This document shows positions 38,342 to 47,510 of a stretch of 64,000 bases of DNA, one piece after another. The stretch lies in contig CAZAJX010000004.1 in assembly GCA_964485815.1 (NCBI GenBank), positions 2,417-66,416 on the forward strand, read 5' to 3'. Each line of letters starts with the position of its first letter. The first letter of the stretch is position 1. The position numbers and the translations under genes are program-made. The notes beneath the pieces are model-generated. The model worked only from the letters and a program-made list of their open reading frames with translations, was not told the origin of the DNA and did not search any database. The stretch comes from an uncultured Oscillospiraceae bacterium (GTDB taxonomy: Bacteria > Bacillota > Clostridia > Oscillospirales > CAG-382).

Positions 38342-38343
38342 AA

Positions 38344-39618
38344 TTATTCCTCAATACGTACGGTAACGCTTCTTGCATGGGCATCGAGCCCTTCTTTTTT
38401 AGCAAAGTGAGCGACTTTTTCTCCTATCCTTGCCAACGCATCGCCGGTGTAATAGGTGAACTGGGACTTTTTAATAAAATCATCAACGGAAAGAGGGCTG
38501 GAAAATCTTGCGGTTCCTCCCGTAGGAAGAGTGTGGTTAGGTCCCGCAAAATAATCACCCAATGCCTCGGGGCAGTTTCTTCCCATAAATACGCTTCCCG
38601 CATTGGTTATCTTATCAAGAATATCAAACGGATTGTCTACCATCAATTCAAGATGCTCGGGTGCAATTATGTTCGAAACCTTGATAGCATCGTTAAGGTT
38701 ATCGGTGACGATTATCTTTCCGTAATTATCAATAGATCTTCTTGCTATTTCCTGTCTTGGCAGTACCGCCAACTGCTTTTCAATTTCTGCCTGCGTAGCC
38801 TTTGCCAGATCCATACTGTCGGTTACGAGAACGGCGCTGGCATTTGCATCGTGCTCCGCTTGGGAAAGAAGATCAGCCGCCGCGTGGGAGGGAACGCTGT
38901 TTTTGTCTGCGATTATCAGAATTTCGCTGGGTCCTGCGATCATATCAATAGATACCTGACCGTAAACCTGCTTTTTCGCCTCTGCAACGAATGCGTTACC
39001 GGGTCCTACGATTTTATCTACCTTGGGAATAGTTTCGGTGCCGTATGCAAGAGCGGCTATTGCTTGGGCTCCGCCAACCTTGAATATACGGTCAACCCCT
39101 GCGATCTTCGCGGCGGCGAGTATGACGGGATTAACCTTTCCGTCCTTGGAGGGGGGAGTAGTCATAGCGATTTCGGGACATCCCGCTATCTTTGCGGGAA
39201 TACTGTCCATAAGAACGGTGGAGGGATACGCCGCCGTTCCTCCGGGAACGTAAAGTCCCACTTTTTCAATGGGAGTTATCTTTTGTCCGATAACAATGCC
39301 GTCATTTTCGCTTATTATAAAGCTGTTGCGCACCTGCTTCTGATGAAAAGCTCTGATGTTTTCAGCGGCTTCACGCAGTATATCAAGAAATTCGTCTTCA
39401 ACCTGCGTAAATGCGTTATCAATTTCTTCGGCGCTCACTTCTATGGAGTCGAGCACGGCTTTATCAAACTTTTCTGTATATTCCAAAACTGCTTTATCGC
39501 CGTATTTTCTTACGTTGGATATAATCTCTCTTACGGGCTCAGCCACGCTTGTAATATATTCCTGGCGTTCAAATATTTTATCGGCAGGTATTTTGCCGTA
39601 TTCATATATACGTATCAT
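38344..39618 (-). CDS. hisD: histidinol dehydrogenase
   Basis: Motifs SQAEHD and GPNHTLPT; 424 aa. Confidence 0.92.
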   Translation of the reverse strand: MIRIYEYGKIPADKIFERQEYITSVAEPVREIISNVRKYGDKAVLEYTEKFDKAVLDSIEVSAEEIDNAFTQVEDEFLDILREAAENIRAFHQKQVRNSFIISENDGIVIGQKITPIEKVGLYVPGGTAAYPSTVLMDSIPAKIAGCPEIAMTTPPSKDGKVNPVILAAAKIAGVDRIFKVGGAQAIAALAYGTETIPKVDKIVGPGNAFVAEAKKQVYGQVSIDMIAGPSEILIIADKNSVPSHAAADLLSQAEHDANASAVLVTDSMDLAKATQAEIEKQLAVLPRQEIARRSIDNYGKIIVTDNLNDAIKVSNIIAPEHLELMVDNPFDILDKITNAGSVFMGRNCPEALGDYFAGPNHTLPTGGTARFSSPLSVDDFIKKSQFTYYTGDALARIGEKVAHFAKKEGLDAHARSVTVRIEE

Positions 39619-40253
39619 TTGTTTTCCACCTGTTTTGCCATTTTGTTAACTATGGCTTCAATTTCTTCGTTTTTGAATTTATATCCCGCTTTGTTTACGA
39701 TAAGTCTTGCGCTTATGGGGACAACATCTTCTATAACTTCAAGATTATTTGCCATTAAGGTACTGCCCGTTTCAACAATATCAACGATAACGTCGGATAA
39801 ATCCAGAATAGGCGCAAGCTCTATGGAACCGTTAAGGTTGATGATATCGATATCGCGGCACTTTTTGTCATAAAAGCATTGGGTGATATAAGGAAACTTG
39901 GTTGCCACGCGGAGCGTGGATTCTCTTGAATCGGTAAACCCTTTTTTAGCCGCAACAGCCATTCTGCATTTACCGATATTCAAATCAAGTAATTCGTATA
40001 CGTCGGGACGGTATTCAAGAATAATGTCCTTTCCCGCAACTCCGATATCCGCAGCACCTCTTTCAACGTAGATAGCAACGTCGGAGGGTTTTACCCAAAA
40101 ATACCGTATACATTTTTCTTCGTTTTCGAATACCAGCTTTCGGTTGGTTTCTTCAATGGAGGGACATTCATAGCCCGCCGCCTTGAACATACCGTATACT
40201 TTCTCTCCCAGTCTTCCCTTGGGCAATGCAATATTAACTGTTTTCTTCAACAA
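39615..40253 (-). CDS. hisG: ATP phosphoribosyltransferase, short (HisZ-dependent) form
   Basis: 212 aa with IALPKGRL N-terminus, no C-terminal regulatory domain, adjacent hisZ. Confidence 0.9.
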   Translation of the reverse strand: MLKKTVNIALPKGRLGEKVYGMFKAAGYECPSIEETNRKLVFENEEKCIRYFWVKPSDVAIYVERGAADIGVAGKDIILEYRPDVYELLDLNIGKCRMAVAAKKGFTDSRESTLRVATKFPYITQCFYDKKCRDIDIINLNGSIELAPILDLSDVIVDIVETGSTLMANNLEVIEDVVPISARLIVNKAGYKFKNEEIEAIVNKMAKQVENK

Positions 40254-41340
40254 GACTTACAACTCCATTCTCTGCTTTATACAGCTTCTTCCAGGTTTTG
40301 CCTGCGGGCAGGGTAGAGGTAACGAGGAAAGAGCCTTGCTCGGAAAGCTTGCGTGTAAAGCGGATCAGTTCCTCGGTATCGTAATTTTCACCCTTCAGTA
40401 CTACAGCATCAATTACGGTGCCGCCCCCGCTTTGCTCAAATCTTTCCAAAAGATCGGTGTATACCGCGAATCCGATCGCCTTACTCTTTCTGCCCATCTT
40501 TTTAAGCAGTTTATCATACTGTCCGCCGGAAAGTATTCCTGCGGGAATGCCGCTTATATATCCTTTAAATACCACACCGCTGTAATATTTCAGATCACTG
40601 CCTACCGAAAAATCTATTTTTACGTTATCTTCAAAACCGCAGTCCTTTAAAATACCGTATAGCGAGATCAGCTCGTTCAGTGCGTTTATTTCGTTATCTT
40701 CGGTTAAATATCCCGCAAGACCTTCTTTAATCGCTTCGGGTTTTCCGGAAAGGGATATGAGTGCATCCAGCTTTTCGGTTTTGAATTTTTCAAGTCCCAA
40801 AGCGCTGCACAGAGAAACGAGCTCGTGGCTGTTTTTGGATTGCAGGCATTGGAGTATCTTGTCAGCTTCCGCATTGGAGGGCAGGGTGTTTTTCAACACG
40901 TTGCTTATCAATCCCATATGGGATATATCTAAAATAAAATTCGGTGATATGGCGTTAAGGCTTTTGGCGGCAAGCAGGACTACTTCGGAAATTTCATATT
41001 TTCCGAGATCACCCACGCACTCCAAGCCCGTTTGCATAATTTCACGGAAGGAATGAGTTCCGCCGCTGACACGGTAAACGTTTTCGTTGTAATATACCTT
41101 CTGAACTTCTCCCGGTATATCGGGAACGTTTTTAATAATGGAGAGAGTAACGTCGGGCTTCATGGCAAGAAGCCTGCCGCTTCTGTCCGTGAATGTGATC
41201 ACCTCGTCGGAAATAAGAAAGTCCTTGTTGTTGACGTAAAGATCGTATTCCTCAAACCTGCTCATTTTGTAACGGGTGTATCCGTATCCTTCATATAATT
41301 CTCTTAAAGCAAACACTGCTTGTTCGTCGCGGCGCATCAT
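40234..41340 (-). CDS. hisZ: ATP phosphoribosyltransferase regulatory subunit
   Basis: HisRS-like class II aaRS core without an anticodon-binding domain. Lies directly upstream of the short hisG. Confidence 0.85.
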   Translation of the reverse strand: MMRRDEQAVFALRELYEGYGYTRYKMSRFEEYDLYVNNKDFLISDEVITFTDRSGRLLAMKPDVTLSIIKNVPDIPGEVQKVYYNENVYRVSGGTHSFREIMQTGLECVGDLGKYEISEVVLLAAKSLNAISPNFILDISHMGLISNVLKNTLPSNAEADKILQCLQSKNSHELVSLCSALGLEKFKTEKLDALISLSGKPEAIKEGLAGYLTEDNEINALNELISLYGILKDCGFEDNVKIDFSVGSDLKYYSGVVFKGYISGIPAGILSGGQYDKLLKKMGRKSKAIGFAVYTDLLERFEQSGGGTVIDAVVLKGENYDTEELIRFTRKLSEQGSFLVTSTLPAGKTWKKLYKAENGVVSLVEENS

Positions 41341-41636
41341 TATATTTTATCTCCGGTTCTTTTCATTCTGTCAAGCACAATACGGTATCCGTCGCTGTAA
41401 TTCAGGCATTTGTTAACTCTGCTTATGGTGGCCGAGCTTGCACCCGTATCGCAGGAAACGTCATTGTAATTCTTGCCCTCATCAAGCTGACGGGCAACAA
41501 GAAATCTTTGCGATATCGCTTCCAATTCCTTTACTGTGCAAATATCCTCGAAGAATTTATAACACTCTTCGGGATTTTCAAGAGAGAGTATAGCACGGAA
41601 CAAAGCGTCGGTTTCGGGATTTCGTATGGATTTCAT
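41340..41636 (-). CDS. YerC/YecD family TrpR-like DNA-binding protein, first cistron of the his operon
   Basis: 98 aa, closely resembling B. subtilis YerC as I recall it (LFRAILSL..EE.Y.FF.DICT..EL...QR..VA..L.....Y......TGAS.ATISRV...LNY). Its TAA stop overlaps the hisZ ATG by 1 nt (TAATG). Confidence 0.8.
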   Translation of the reverse strand: MKSIRNPETDALFRAILSLENPEECYKFFEDICTVKELEAISQRFLVARQLDEGKNYNDVSCDTGASSATISRVNKCLNYSDGYRIVLDRMKRTGDKI

Positions 41637-41667
41637 TCAGTTCACACCTTAAAAACGAATTTTTGCC

Positions 41668-41696
41668 ATTTTAACACTTTAGCGTGCTAAAGTCAA
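41668..41696 (-). promoter_or_regulatory. his operon promoter (TTGACT-17 bp-TAAAAT on the minus strand) with an 8+2+8 dyad in the spacer
   Basis: Minus-strand -35 TTGACT (plus-strand 41691-41696) and -10 TAAAAT (41668-41673). Dyad ACTTTAGC-GT-GCTAAAGT at 41676-41693 fills the spacer and overlaps the -35. Confidence 0.55.
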
Positions 41697-41769
41697 TAGG
41701 GAAATGAAAATATTATATTTTATACAATAATCTCCCCGAAAACCAATAAAATAAAGTCAATTTAACATC

Positions 41770-41798
41770 TTGATTTTTTTACACTTTGGCAATATAAT
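41770..41798 (+). promoter_or_regulatory. candidate sigma-A promoter of proBAC-ilvE (TTGATT-17 bp-TATAAT)
   Basis: TTGATT at 41770-41775, 17-nt spacer, TATAAT at 41793-41798. Confidence 0.55.
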
Positions 41799-41831
41799 AA
41801 GATGAAAAAATATTCAACGGAGGGAAATATT

Positions 41832-42599
41832 ATGCGAATAGTAATTAAGATTGGAACAAGTACCCTTGCGCACCCTACGGGACATCTTAATATCCGCCGC
41901 GTCGAAGAAATGTGTAAGATAATCAGCGATATGAAAAACGCGGGCAATAACGTAATACTTGTTTCCTCCGGTGCTATCGGAATGGGCGTAGGCAAATTGG
42001 GGCTTTCTGCCCGCCCTTCGGATATTCCCACAAAGCAGGCTGCTGCGGCTGTCGGTCAATGCGAGCTTATGTATACATATGACAGAATATTCAGCCAGTA
42101 TCATCATACCGTAGCACAGCTTCTTATTACGGGTGAAGACGTTAAAAACGAAATCCGTCATAACAATTTCAACAACACTTTGGAGCGACTTCTTGAATTA
42201 AACGCGATTCCTGTTATAAACGAAAACGATACAGTTGCTACCGAGGAGATAGTTATCGGTGATAACGATACGCTGGCGGCGATCGTCGCTTGCTCGGTTA
42301 AAGCCGATAAGCTCGTATTGCTTTCGGATATTGACGGACTGTATACCGCAGATCCTCATACCGACCCCGATGCACGCCTTATATCTGTAGTAAACGATCT
42401 CGATGATACTATTCTTTCTCTTGCGGGCGGCACTGCATCCGATCAAGGCACCGGCGGTATGGTTACCAAACTTCAAGCCGCCAAGATATGTATGGAATGC
42501 GGTTGTGAAATGATAATCACCAACGGAAGCCATCCCGAGAATTTGTATGATATTCTGGACGGAAAGACCGTAGGCACCACTTTTACGGAGAAAAAATAA
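41832..42599 (+). CDS. proB: glutamate 5-kinase (short form, no PUA domain)
   Basis: ORF 41802 trimmed to ATG 41832 after [17 protein letters not shown]-terminus; 255 aa. Confidence 0.88.
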   Translation: MRIVIKIGTSTLAHPTGHLNIRRVEEMCKIISDMKNAGNNVILVSSGAIGMGVGKLGLSARPSDIPTKQAAAAVGQCELMYTYDRIFSQYHHTVAQLLITGEDVKNEIRHNNFNNTLERLLELNAIPVINENDTVATEEIVIGDNDTLAAIVACSVKADKLVLLSDIDGLYTADPHTDPDARLISVVNDLDDTILSLAGGTASDQGTGGMVTKLQAAKICMECGCEMIITNGSHPENLYDILDGKTVGTTFTEKK

Positions 42600-43849
42600 T
42601 GGTAAATTTATTCGTATCTGCAAAGGAAGCAAAGCCTCTTGTTTCCGCTTTGACTTCACAGCAAAAAAACAGTGCTCTTTCAGAAATGGCAAGGGCTTTA
42701 AGAGAGAATGTAAATGATATTCTTGCCGCAAACGCCGTCGATCTTAAAGAAGCGGAAGGGAAGATACCAAGCGTTATGCTTGACCGTCTTATGCTGGATA
42801 ATTCCAGAATCGAAGGTATGGCGAAGGGAATTGAAGATGTATCGCTCCTGCCCGATCCCGTGGGACATATTCTTGATACCTATACAAGGCAGGACGGATT
42901 GTCAATACAAAAGGTTTCCGTTCCCGTAGGAGTTATTGCCATCATATACGAAAGCCGTCCCAACGTCACCAGCGATGCCGCGGCGCTTGCTTTAAAAAGC
43001 GGAAACGTATGCATACTACGTTCCGGAAAGGAAGCCTTCAATTCGGCGAAGGCGATAGTAAACGCTTTAAAAAAAGGTCTTATAAAAGCAGGCGTGACGG
43101 AAAATGCAGTTAATCTGGTTTCCGATCCTTCCCGTGAAAGTGCAACTGCACTTATGACCGCCAACGGTTACGTTGATATGCTTATTCCCAGAGGCGGTGC
43201 GGGACTTATAAATGCTTGCGTGCGCCAAGCAACCGTTCCTTGTATCGCCACCGGCACGGGAATATGCCACGTATACGTTGAGAAAACCGCAGATATCGAT
43301 ACGGCATTAAAGATAGTTGAAAACGCAAAAACAAGCCGTCCCAGCGTTTGTAATGCTATGGAGGTCTTGTTGGTGGACCGGGATATCGCTCCCGAACTTT
43401 TACCCCGTTTACACAAGACTTTGGTAGAAGACAGAAATATTAAGCATCTTGTTCCCGTGGAATTAAGACTTGACAAAAATGCGGCGATGATCATCGAAGG
43501 CATACCTGCTTCGGAAAAGGATTTTGACACCGAATTTTTGGATTATATTCTTGCGGTGAAAGTAGTTGAAAATACCAAAGAGGCAATTGAGCATATATCC
43601 GCTCATTCCACAGGGCACAGCGAAGCTATTGTTTCCAACGATACCGTTGCACAGCAGTTGTTCGTATCTTCCGTCGATAGCGCCGCGGTTTACGTAAACG
43701 CTTCTACCCGTTTTACTGACGGCGGTGAATTCGGTTTGGGATGCGAAATGGGCATTTCCACACAAAAGCTTCACGCAAGAGGACCTATGGGACTTAAGGA
43801 ACTTACCACATACAAATATGTAATTCACGGAGAAGGACATATAAGATAA
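42599..43849 (+). CDS. proA: gamma-glutamyl phosphate reductase
   Basis: Aldehyde dehydrogenase-type fold with catalytic Cys region ([14 protein letters not shown]); 416 aa; start overlaps the proB stop. Confidence 0.9.
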   Translation: MVNLFVSAKEAKPLVSALTSQQKNSALSEMARALRENVNDILAANAVDLKEAEGKIPSVMLDRLMLDNSRIEGMAKGIEDVSLLPDPVGHILDTYTRQDGLSIQKVSVPVGVIAIIYESRPNVTSDAAALALKSGNVCILRSGKEAFNSAKAIVNALKKGLIKAGVTENAVNLVSDPSRESATALMTANGYVDMLIPRGGAGLINACVRQATVPCIATGTGICHVYVEKTADIDTALKIVENAKTSRPSVCNAMEVLLVDRDIAPELLPRLHKTLVEDRNIKHLVPVELRLDKNAAMIIEGIPASEKDFDTEFLDYILAVKVVENTKEAIEHISAHSTGHSEAIVSNDTVAQQLFVSSVDSAAVYVNASTRFTDGGEFGLGCEMGISTQKLHARGPMGLKELTTYKYVIHGEGHIR

Positions 43850-43859
43850 GGAGAATAGT

Positions 43860-44651
43860 ATGAAGTACGGTTTTATCGGTTGCGGTAATATGGGAAGCGC
43901 CGTGGCATACGCGCTTTCAAAAACCACCACTGATTTTGCGGTTACCGACCGTTCCGGAAAAGCAAAAGGCTTTGCCGACAGCATCGGCTGTAAATACACG
44001 GATATAAATACCGTCGCAAGTGAATGTGAAAATATATTTCTTTGCGTAAAGCCTCAGATGATGGGAGCTGTGTTAAGGGGAATTTCGGATATTCTCAAAG
44101 AAAAAAAGCCCGTTCTCGTCACTATGGCGGCAGGGCTTACCACCGAAAAAATATGCGAAATGGCGGGAGAAAAGCTTCCCGTTATCCGCATAATGCCCAA
44201 TACTCCCGTAATTGTCGGCAAGGGCGTGATTTTGTATTGCGGCAACGATTTTGTTTCCGATGAAAAGTTAAAGGATTTCATATCCGATTTAAGCTGTGCG
44301 GGTAAATTTGATAAACTGCCCGAAAATCTTTTCGATGCGGCTACTTCCTTAACGGGATGCGGTCCTGCATATGCGTATATGTTTATTGAAGCTCTTGCTG
44401 ATGGTGCCGTTTCCTGCGGAATCCCCCGTAACAAAGCAATAGAATATGCGGCAAATGTTCTTGTGGGAGCCGCAGAGATGGTTATGTCCACCGGCGAACA
44501 TCCGTCAAAGCTAAAGGATAACGTTTGTTCTCCCGGAGGAAGCACTATCGCCGGTGTGAGATCGCTGGAGGCTAATGGCTTCAGAGGCGCTGTTATCGAT
44601 TGTATAATGGCGGCAAATGAACGAAATAAAGAATTAGGAAAAATGAACTGA
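43860..44651 (+). CDS. proC: pyrroline-5-carboxylate reductase
   Basis: Rossmann motif GFIGCGNMG and C-terminal P5CR motif (SPGGSTIAG). Confidence 0.9.
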   Translation: MKYGFIGCGNMGSAVAYALSKTTTDFAVTDRSGKAKGFADSIGCKYTDINTVASECENIFLCVKPQMMGAVLRGISDILKEKKPVLVTMAAGLTTEKICEMAGEKLPVIRIMPNTPVIVGKGVILYCGNDFVSDEKLKDFISDLSCAGKFDKLPENLFDAATSLTGCGPAYAYMFIEALADGAVSCGIPRNKAIEYAANVLVGAAEMVMSTGEHPSKLKDNVCSPGGSTIAGVRSLEANGFRGAVIDCIMAANERNKELGKMN

Positions 44652-44663
44652 GGAGAAATGAAA

Positions 44664-45683
44664 ATGAAAAACATAGATTGGTCAAATATCGGATTCGGTT
44701 ATATTAAAACGGATCTCCGTTACGTTTCGAATTATAAAAACGGTGAGTGGGACGAAGGCTGTCTTACAGAGGATGCAAATATTACCATGAACGAGTGCGC
44801 TTGCGTTTTGCAGTATGCCCAGACCTGCTTCGAAGGACTGAAGGCGTATACAACTGCAGACGGAAAGATAGTTTGTTTCCGTCCCGATCTTAACGCTTCC
44901 CGTATGGCTGATTCCTGCCGCAGAATGAAAATGCCTGTTTTCCCCGAAGAAAGATTTGTGGAGGCGGTAGTGAAAACGGTTGAGGCTAACTCCGAGTGGG
45001 TTCCTCCTTACGGTTCCGGCGCATCGCTCTATCTCCGTCCTTATATGTTCGGCTATGATTCCATCATCGGTGTGAAGCCTGCCAACGAATTCCAGTTCAG
45101 AATTTTTGCTACTCCCGTGGGACCTTATTTCAAGGGCGGTGTTCGCGCGCTTACCCTTCGTATTTCCGATTTCGACCGTGCGGCTCCCAGAGGTACGGGA
45201 CATATCAAAGCGGGCTTGAACTACGCTATGAGCCTTTACGCTATTGTTGACGCCCACGAGCAGGGATATGACGAAAATGTTTATCTGGATTCCGCTACCC
45301 GCACTCACATTGAAGAAACGGGAGGCGCAAATATAATCTTCGTTACCAAGGATGGTAAGCTGGTTACACCCAAGTCCGATACTATTTTGCCTTCCATTAC
45401 CCGCCGCTCGCTCCTTCAGGTTGCAAAGGATTACCTCGGTATGGAAGTGGAGGAAAGGGAAGTATCCCTTGCTGAAATAGGTGAATTTGCGGAATGCGGA
45501 CTTTGCGGAACCGCCGCCGTAATTTCTCCCGTCGGCAAGATCGTGGACCACGGTAAGGAGTATTCCTTCAATATCGGTGAAAGCGGAATGGGCGATACGG
45601 TTAAGAAACTGTACGATACGCTTACAGGTATTCAGATGGGTACCGTTACACCTCCCGAAGGATGGGTCAAGGTAATAAAATAA
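44664..45683 (+). CDS. ilvE: branched-chain amino acid aminotransferase
   Basis: Class IV aminotransferase pattern, about 339 aa. ATG 44664 is 8 nt after GGAG; the ORF-track ATG 44658 is only 2 nt after it. Confidence 0.85.
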   Translation: MKNIDWSNIGFGYIKTDLRYVSNYKNGEWDEGCLTEDANITMNECACVLQYAQTCFEGLKAYTTADGKIVCFRPDLNASRMADSCRRMKMPVFPEERFVEAVVKTVEANSEWVPPYGSGASLYLRPYMFGYDSIIGVKPANEFQFRIFATPVGPYFKGGVRALTLRISDFDRAAPRGTGHIKAGLNYAMSLYAIVDAHEQGYDENVYLDSATRTHIEETGGANIIFVTKDGKLVTPKSDTILPSITRRSLLQVAKDYLGMEVEEREVSLAEIGEFAECGLCGTAAVISPVGKIVDHGKEYSFNIGESGMGDTVKKLYDTLTGIQMGTVTPPEGWVKVIK

Positions 45684-45727
45684 CTGAATAATTATTTCAA
45701 AATAAAGAATAATATTTCGTTTTTCCC

Positions 45728-45756
45728 TTGACATATATTTACTTTAATGTTATAAT
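45728..45756 (+). promoter_or_regulatory. consensus sigma-A promoter of the ilv-leu cluster (TTGACA-17 bp-TATAAT)
   Basis: TTGACA at 45728-45733, 17-nt spacer, TATAAT at 45751-45756. Confidence 0.6.
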
Positions 45757-45837
45757 CATTCAATACTATATAATGCACAGTTTTTTTGATTTTTCACGGC
45801 AAACAGAACGGTATTGACTATTTATTAATTTTAAGGT

Positions 45838-45864
45838 CCCTCTCTCTTTGCGTAAGAGAGAGGG
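45838..45864 (+). promoter_or_regulatory. strong leader hairpin (terminator-like) between the ilv promoter and ilvA
   Basis: Perfect 11-bp stem CCCTCTCTCTT / AAGAGAGAGGG with loop TGCGT. Followed by GCTTCTTATATT, an imperfect U-tract. Confidence 0.45.
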
Positions 45865-45908
45865 GCTTCTTATATTACGAATCCGCCCGAAAGGAAGCTT
45901 TTATACAT

Positions 45909-47108
45909 ATGGTTACTATCGATAAAATTTTCCACGCATCAACAGTTCTTAAAAATATCATACGTCCTACTCCCTTGGCAAAGGCGTACGGTATCGCTCC
46001 CGCTTGCGATCTGTACTTCAAGCCCGAGAATTTGCAAAACACGGGCTCCTTTAAGCTAAGAGGCTCGGGATATAAGATAGCTATGCTGTCTGATGAAGAA
46101 AAGGCAAAGGGCGTTATAGCCTGCTCTGCGGGAAACCACGCGCAAGGCGTTGCTCTGGCTGCTTCCAAATGCGGTATATCTTCTCTTATCTGCCTGCCCG
46201 ATAACGCACCTATTTCAAAAATAGAAGCAACAAAAAGCTATGGTGCAAGCGTTTGTCTTGTTGAAGGTTGTTATGACGATGCGTATAACAAAGCTATGTC
46301 GTTAAAAGATGAATTGGGACTTACCTTCGTCCATCCTTTTGATGATGAAAACGTCATTGCAGGTCAGGGTACTATAGGTCTTGAGATCGTAAATGATATT
46401 GACAATATCGATGCGGTTATCGTTCCTATCGGCGGCGGCGGACTTATTTCCGGCGTAGCATATGCTATCAAAGCAATCAATCCCCGTATCAAGGTGTACG
46501 GCGTTCAGGCGGCTGGCGCGGCAAGTATGTATAATTCCGTTAACGGCGGCGCAATACAAACTCTTTCTTCCGTTTCCACCATAGCAGACGGTATTGCCGT
46601 AAAACGCCCCGGTGACAATACTTTTGAAATGGTCAGCAAATATGTTGACGATATCGCCCTCGTTACCGAAGATGAAATATCCTCTGCTATCCTCGCTCTT
46701 ATCGAAAAGCAAAAAATGATAGCCGAAGGCGCAGGCGCTGTTTCCGTAGCGGCGGCAATGTTCAATAAATTCCCCATAGCGGGCAAAAAGGTCGTAAGCG
46801 TTGTTTCCGGCGGTAATATAGATGTTACCAGCCTTTCCCGTGTTATTGAGCGCGGTCTTATGAAGTCGGGCAGAAGTTCAAGTCTGCTTATCGAGCTTGT
46901 TGATAAACCCGGTCAGCTTAAGGACGTTTCCCGTATTATCGCTGATTGCGGCGGTAACGTTACAAGCGTACACCACGAGCGTAACGGCAACACAGAGAGC
47001 ATAAACGGCTGTTACCTCCGTATCGTTATGGAAACCCGTGATTACGATCACGTTCGTCAGATTACCGAAGCTCTTAAAAACGAAGGCTTCAAAATTGTAG
47101 AGGAGTAG
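45909..47108 (+). CDS. ilvA: threonine ammonia-lyase (threonine dehydratase)
   Basis: ORF 45786 trimmed to ATG 45909. PLP-lysine motif NTGSFKLRGS, GGGGL loop, C-terminal ACT-like domain. Confidence 0.88.
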   Translation: MVTIDKIFHASTVLKNIIRPTPLAKAYGIAPACDLYFKPENLQNTGSFKLRGSGYKIAMLSDEEKAKGVIACSAGNHAQGVALAASKCGISSLICLPDNAPISKIEATKSYGASVCLVEGCYDDAYNKAMSLKDELGLTFVHPFDDENVIAGQGTIGLEIVNDIDNIDAVIVPIGGGGLISGVAYAIKAINPRIKVYGVQAAGAASMYNSVNGGAIQTLSSVSTIADGIAVKRPGDNTFEMVSKYVDDIALVTEDEISSAILALIEKQKMIAEGAGAVSVAAAMFNKFPIAGKKVVSVVSGGNIDVTSLSRVIERGLMKSGRSSSLLIELVDKPGQLKDVSRIIADCGGNVTSVHHERNGNTESINGCYLRIVMETRDYDHVRQITEALKNEGFKIVEE

Positions 47109-47114
47109 ATTATT

Positions 47115-47486
47115 ATGGAATACATATACACCAAAAACGCCCCCGACGCTATCGGACCTTATTCTCAGGGTATGGTAGTCGGTAATTTAGTGTTTACATC
47201 GGGTCAGATCGCAATCAATCCCGCAAGCGGCGCCGTTGAAGCAACTACCATCCAGGAACAGACCGAGCAGGTTTGCAAAAATCTTTCCGCAGTTCTTGAG
47301 GCGGCGGGAACAAGTCTTGAAAAGGTTGTGAAAACCACCTGCTTTTTAAGCGATATGGCAGATTTTGCCGCTTTTAACGAAATATACGGCAAATATTTTA
47401 CGGGCAAGCCCGCCCGCTCCTGCGTAGCTGTAAAAACACTACCCAAGAACGTTCTTGTTGAGGTAGAGGCTATAGCGGAAAAATAA
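47115..47486 (+). CDS. ridA: RidA family enamine/imine deaminase
   Basis: YjgF/RidA pattern (APDAIGPYSQG...GQI...R.CV.V..LP); 123 aa; immediately downstream of ilvA. Confidence 0.88.
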   Translation: MEYIYTKNAPDAIGPYSQGMVVGNLVFTSGQIAINPASGAVEATTIQEQTEQVCKNLSAVLEAAGTSLEKVVKTTCFLSDMADFAAFNEIYGKYFTGKPARSCVAVKTLPKNVLVEVEAIAEK

Positions 47487-47510
47487 AGCGCATATTCCAA
47501 GGAGCAAAAA

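Noticed and set aside
38377-39873. A 498-aa ORF on the plus strand, antisense to hisD/hisG. Similar long antisense ORFs occur at 14199..15341 (ftsY), 49179..50360 (leuC), 55912..57006 (ilvD), 44682..45734 (ilvE), 47439..48518 (leuA) and 1660..2694 (DUF1385).
   Set aside because: Each lies entirely opposite a gene with clear family motifs. Their translations are low-information and Cys/Phe/Gly-rich with no motifs, and none has an SD-start context. The sense genes avoid TTA/CTA/TCA codons (Leu is mostly CTT, Ser mostly TCC), which removes stop codons from the complementary frame. They are therefore a codon-bias artefact.
45690-45704. A CodY-box-like sequence AATTATTTCAAAATA upstream of the ilv promoter.
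   Set aside because: It has four mismatches to AATTTTCWGAAAATT, lies in very AT-rich DNA, and is upstream of the -35. That is too weak to call without a genome-wide motif model.
45786-45908. An in-frame upstream extension of ilvA from a TTG (MIFHGKQNGIDYLLILRSLSL...), which could be read as a longer IlvA or as a Leu/Ile-rich leader peptide.
   Set aside because: There is no SD before the TTG. The extension runs through the 11-bp leader hairpin, and the conserved threonine dehydratase N-terminus begins at ATG 45909. It has only a few scattered BCAA codons, not a regulatory run.
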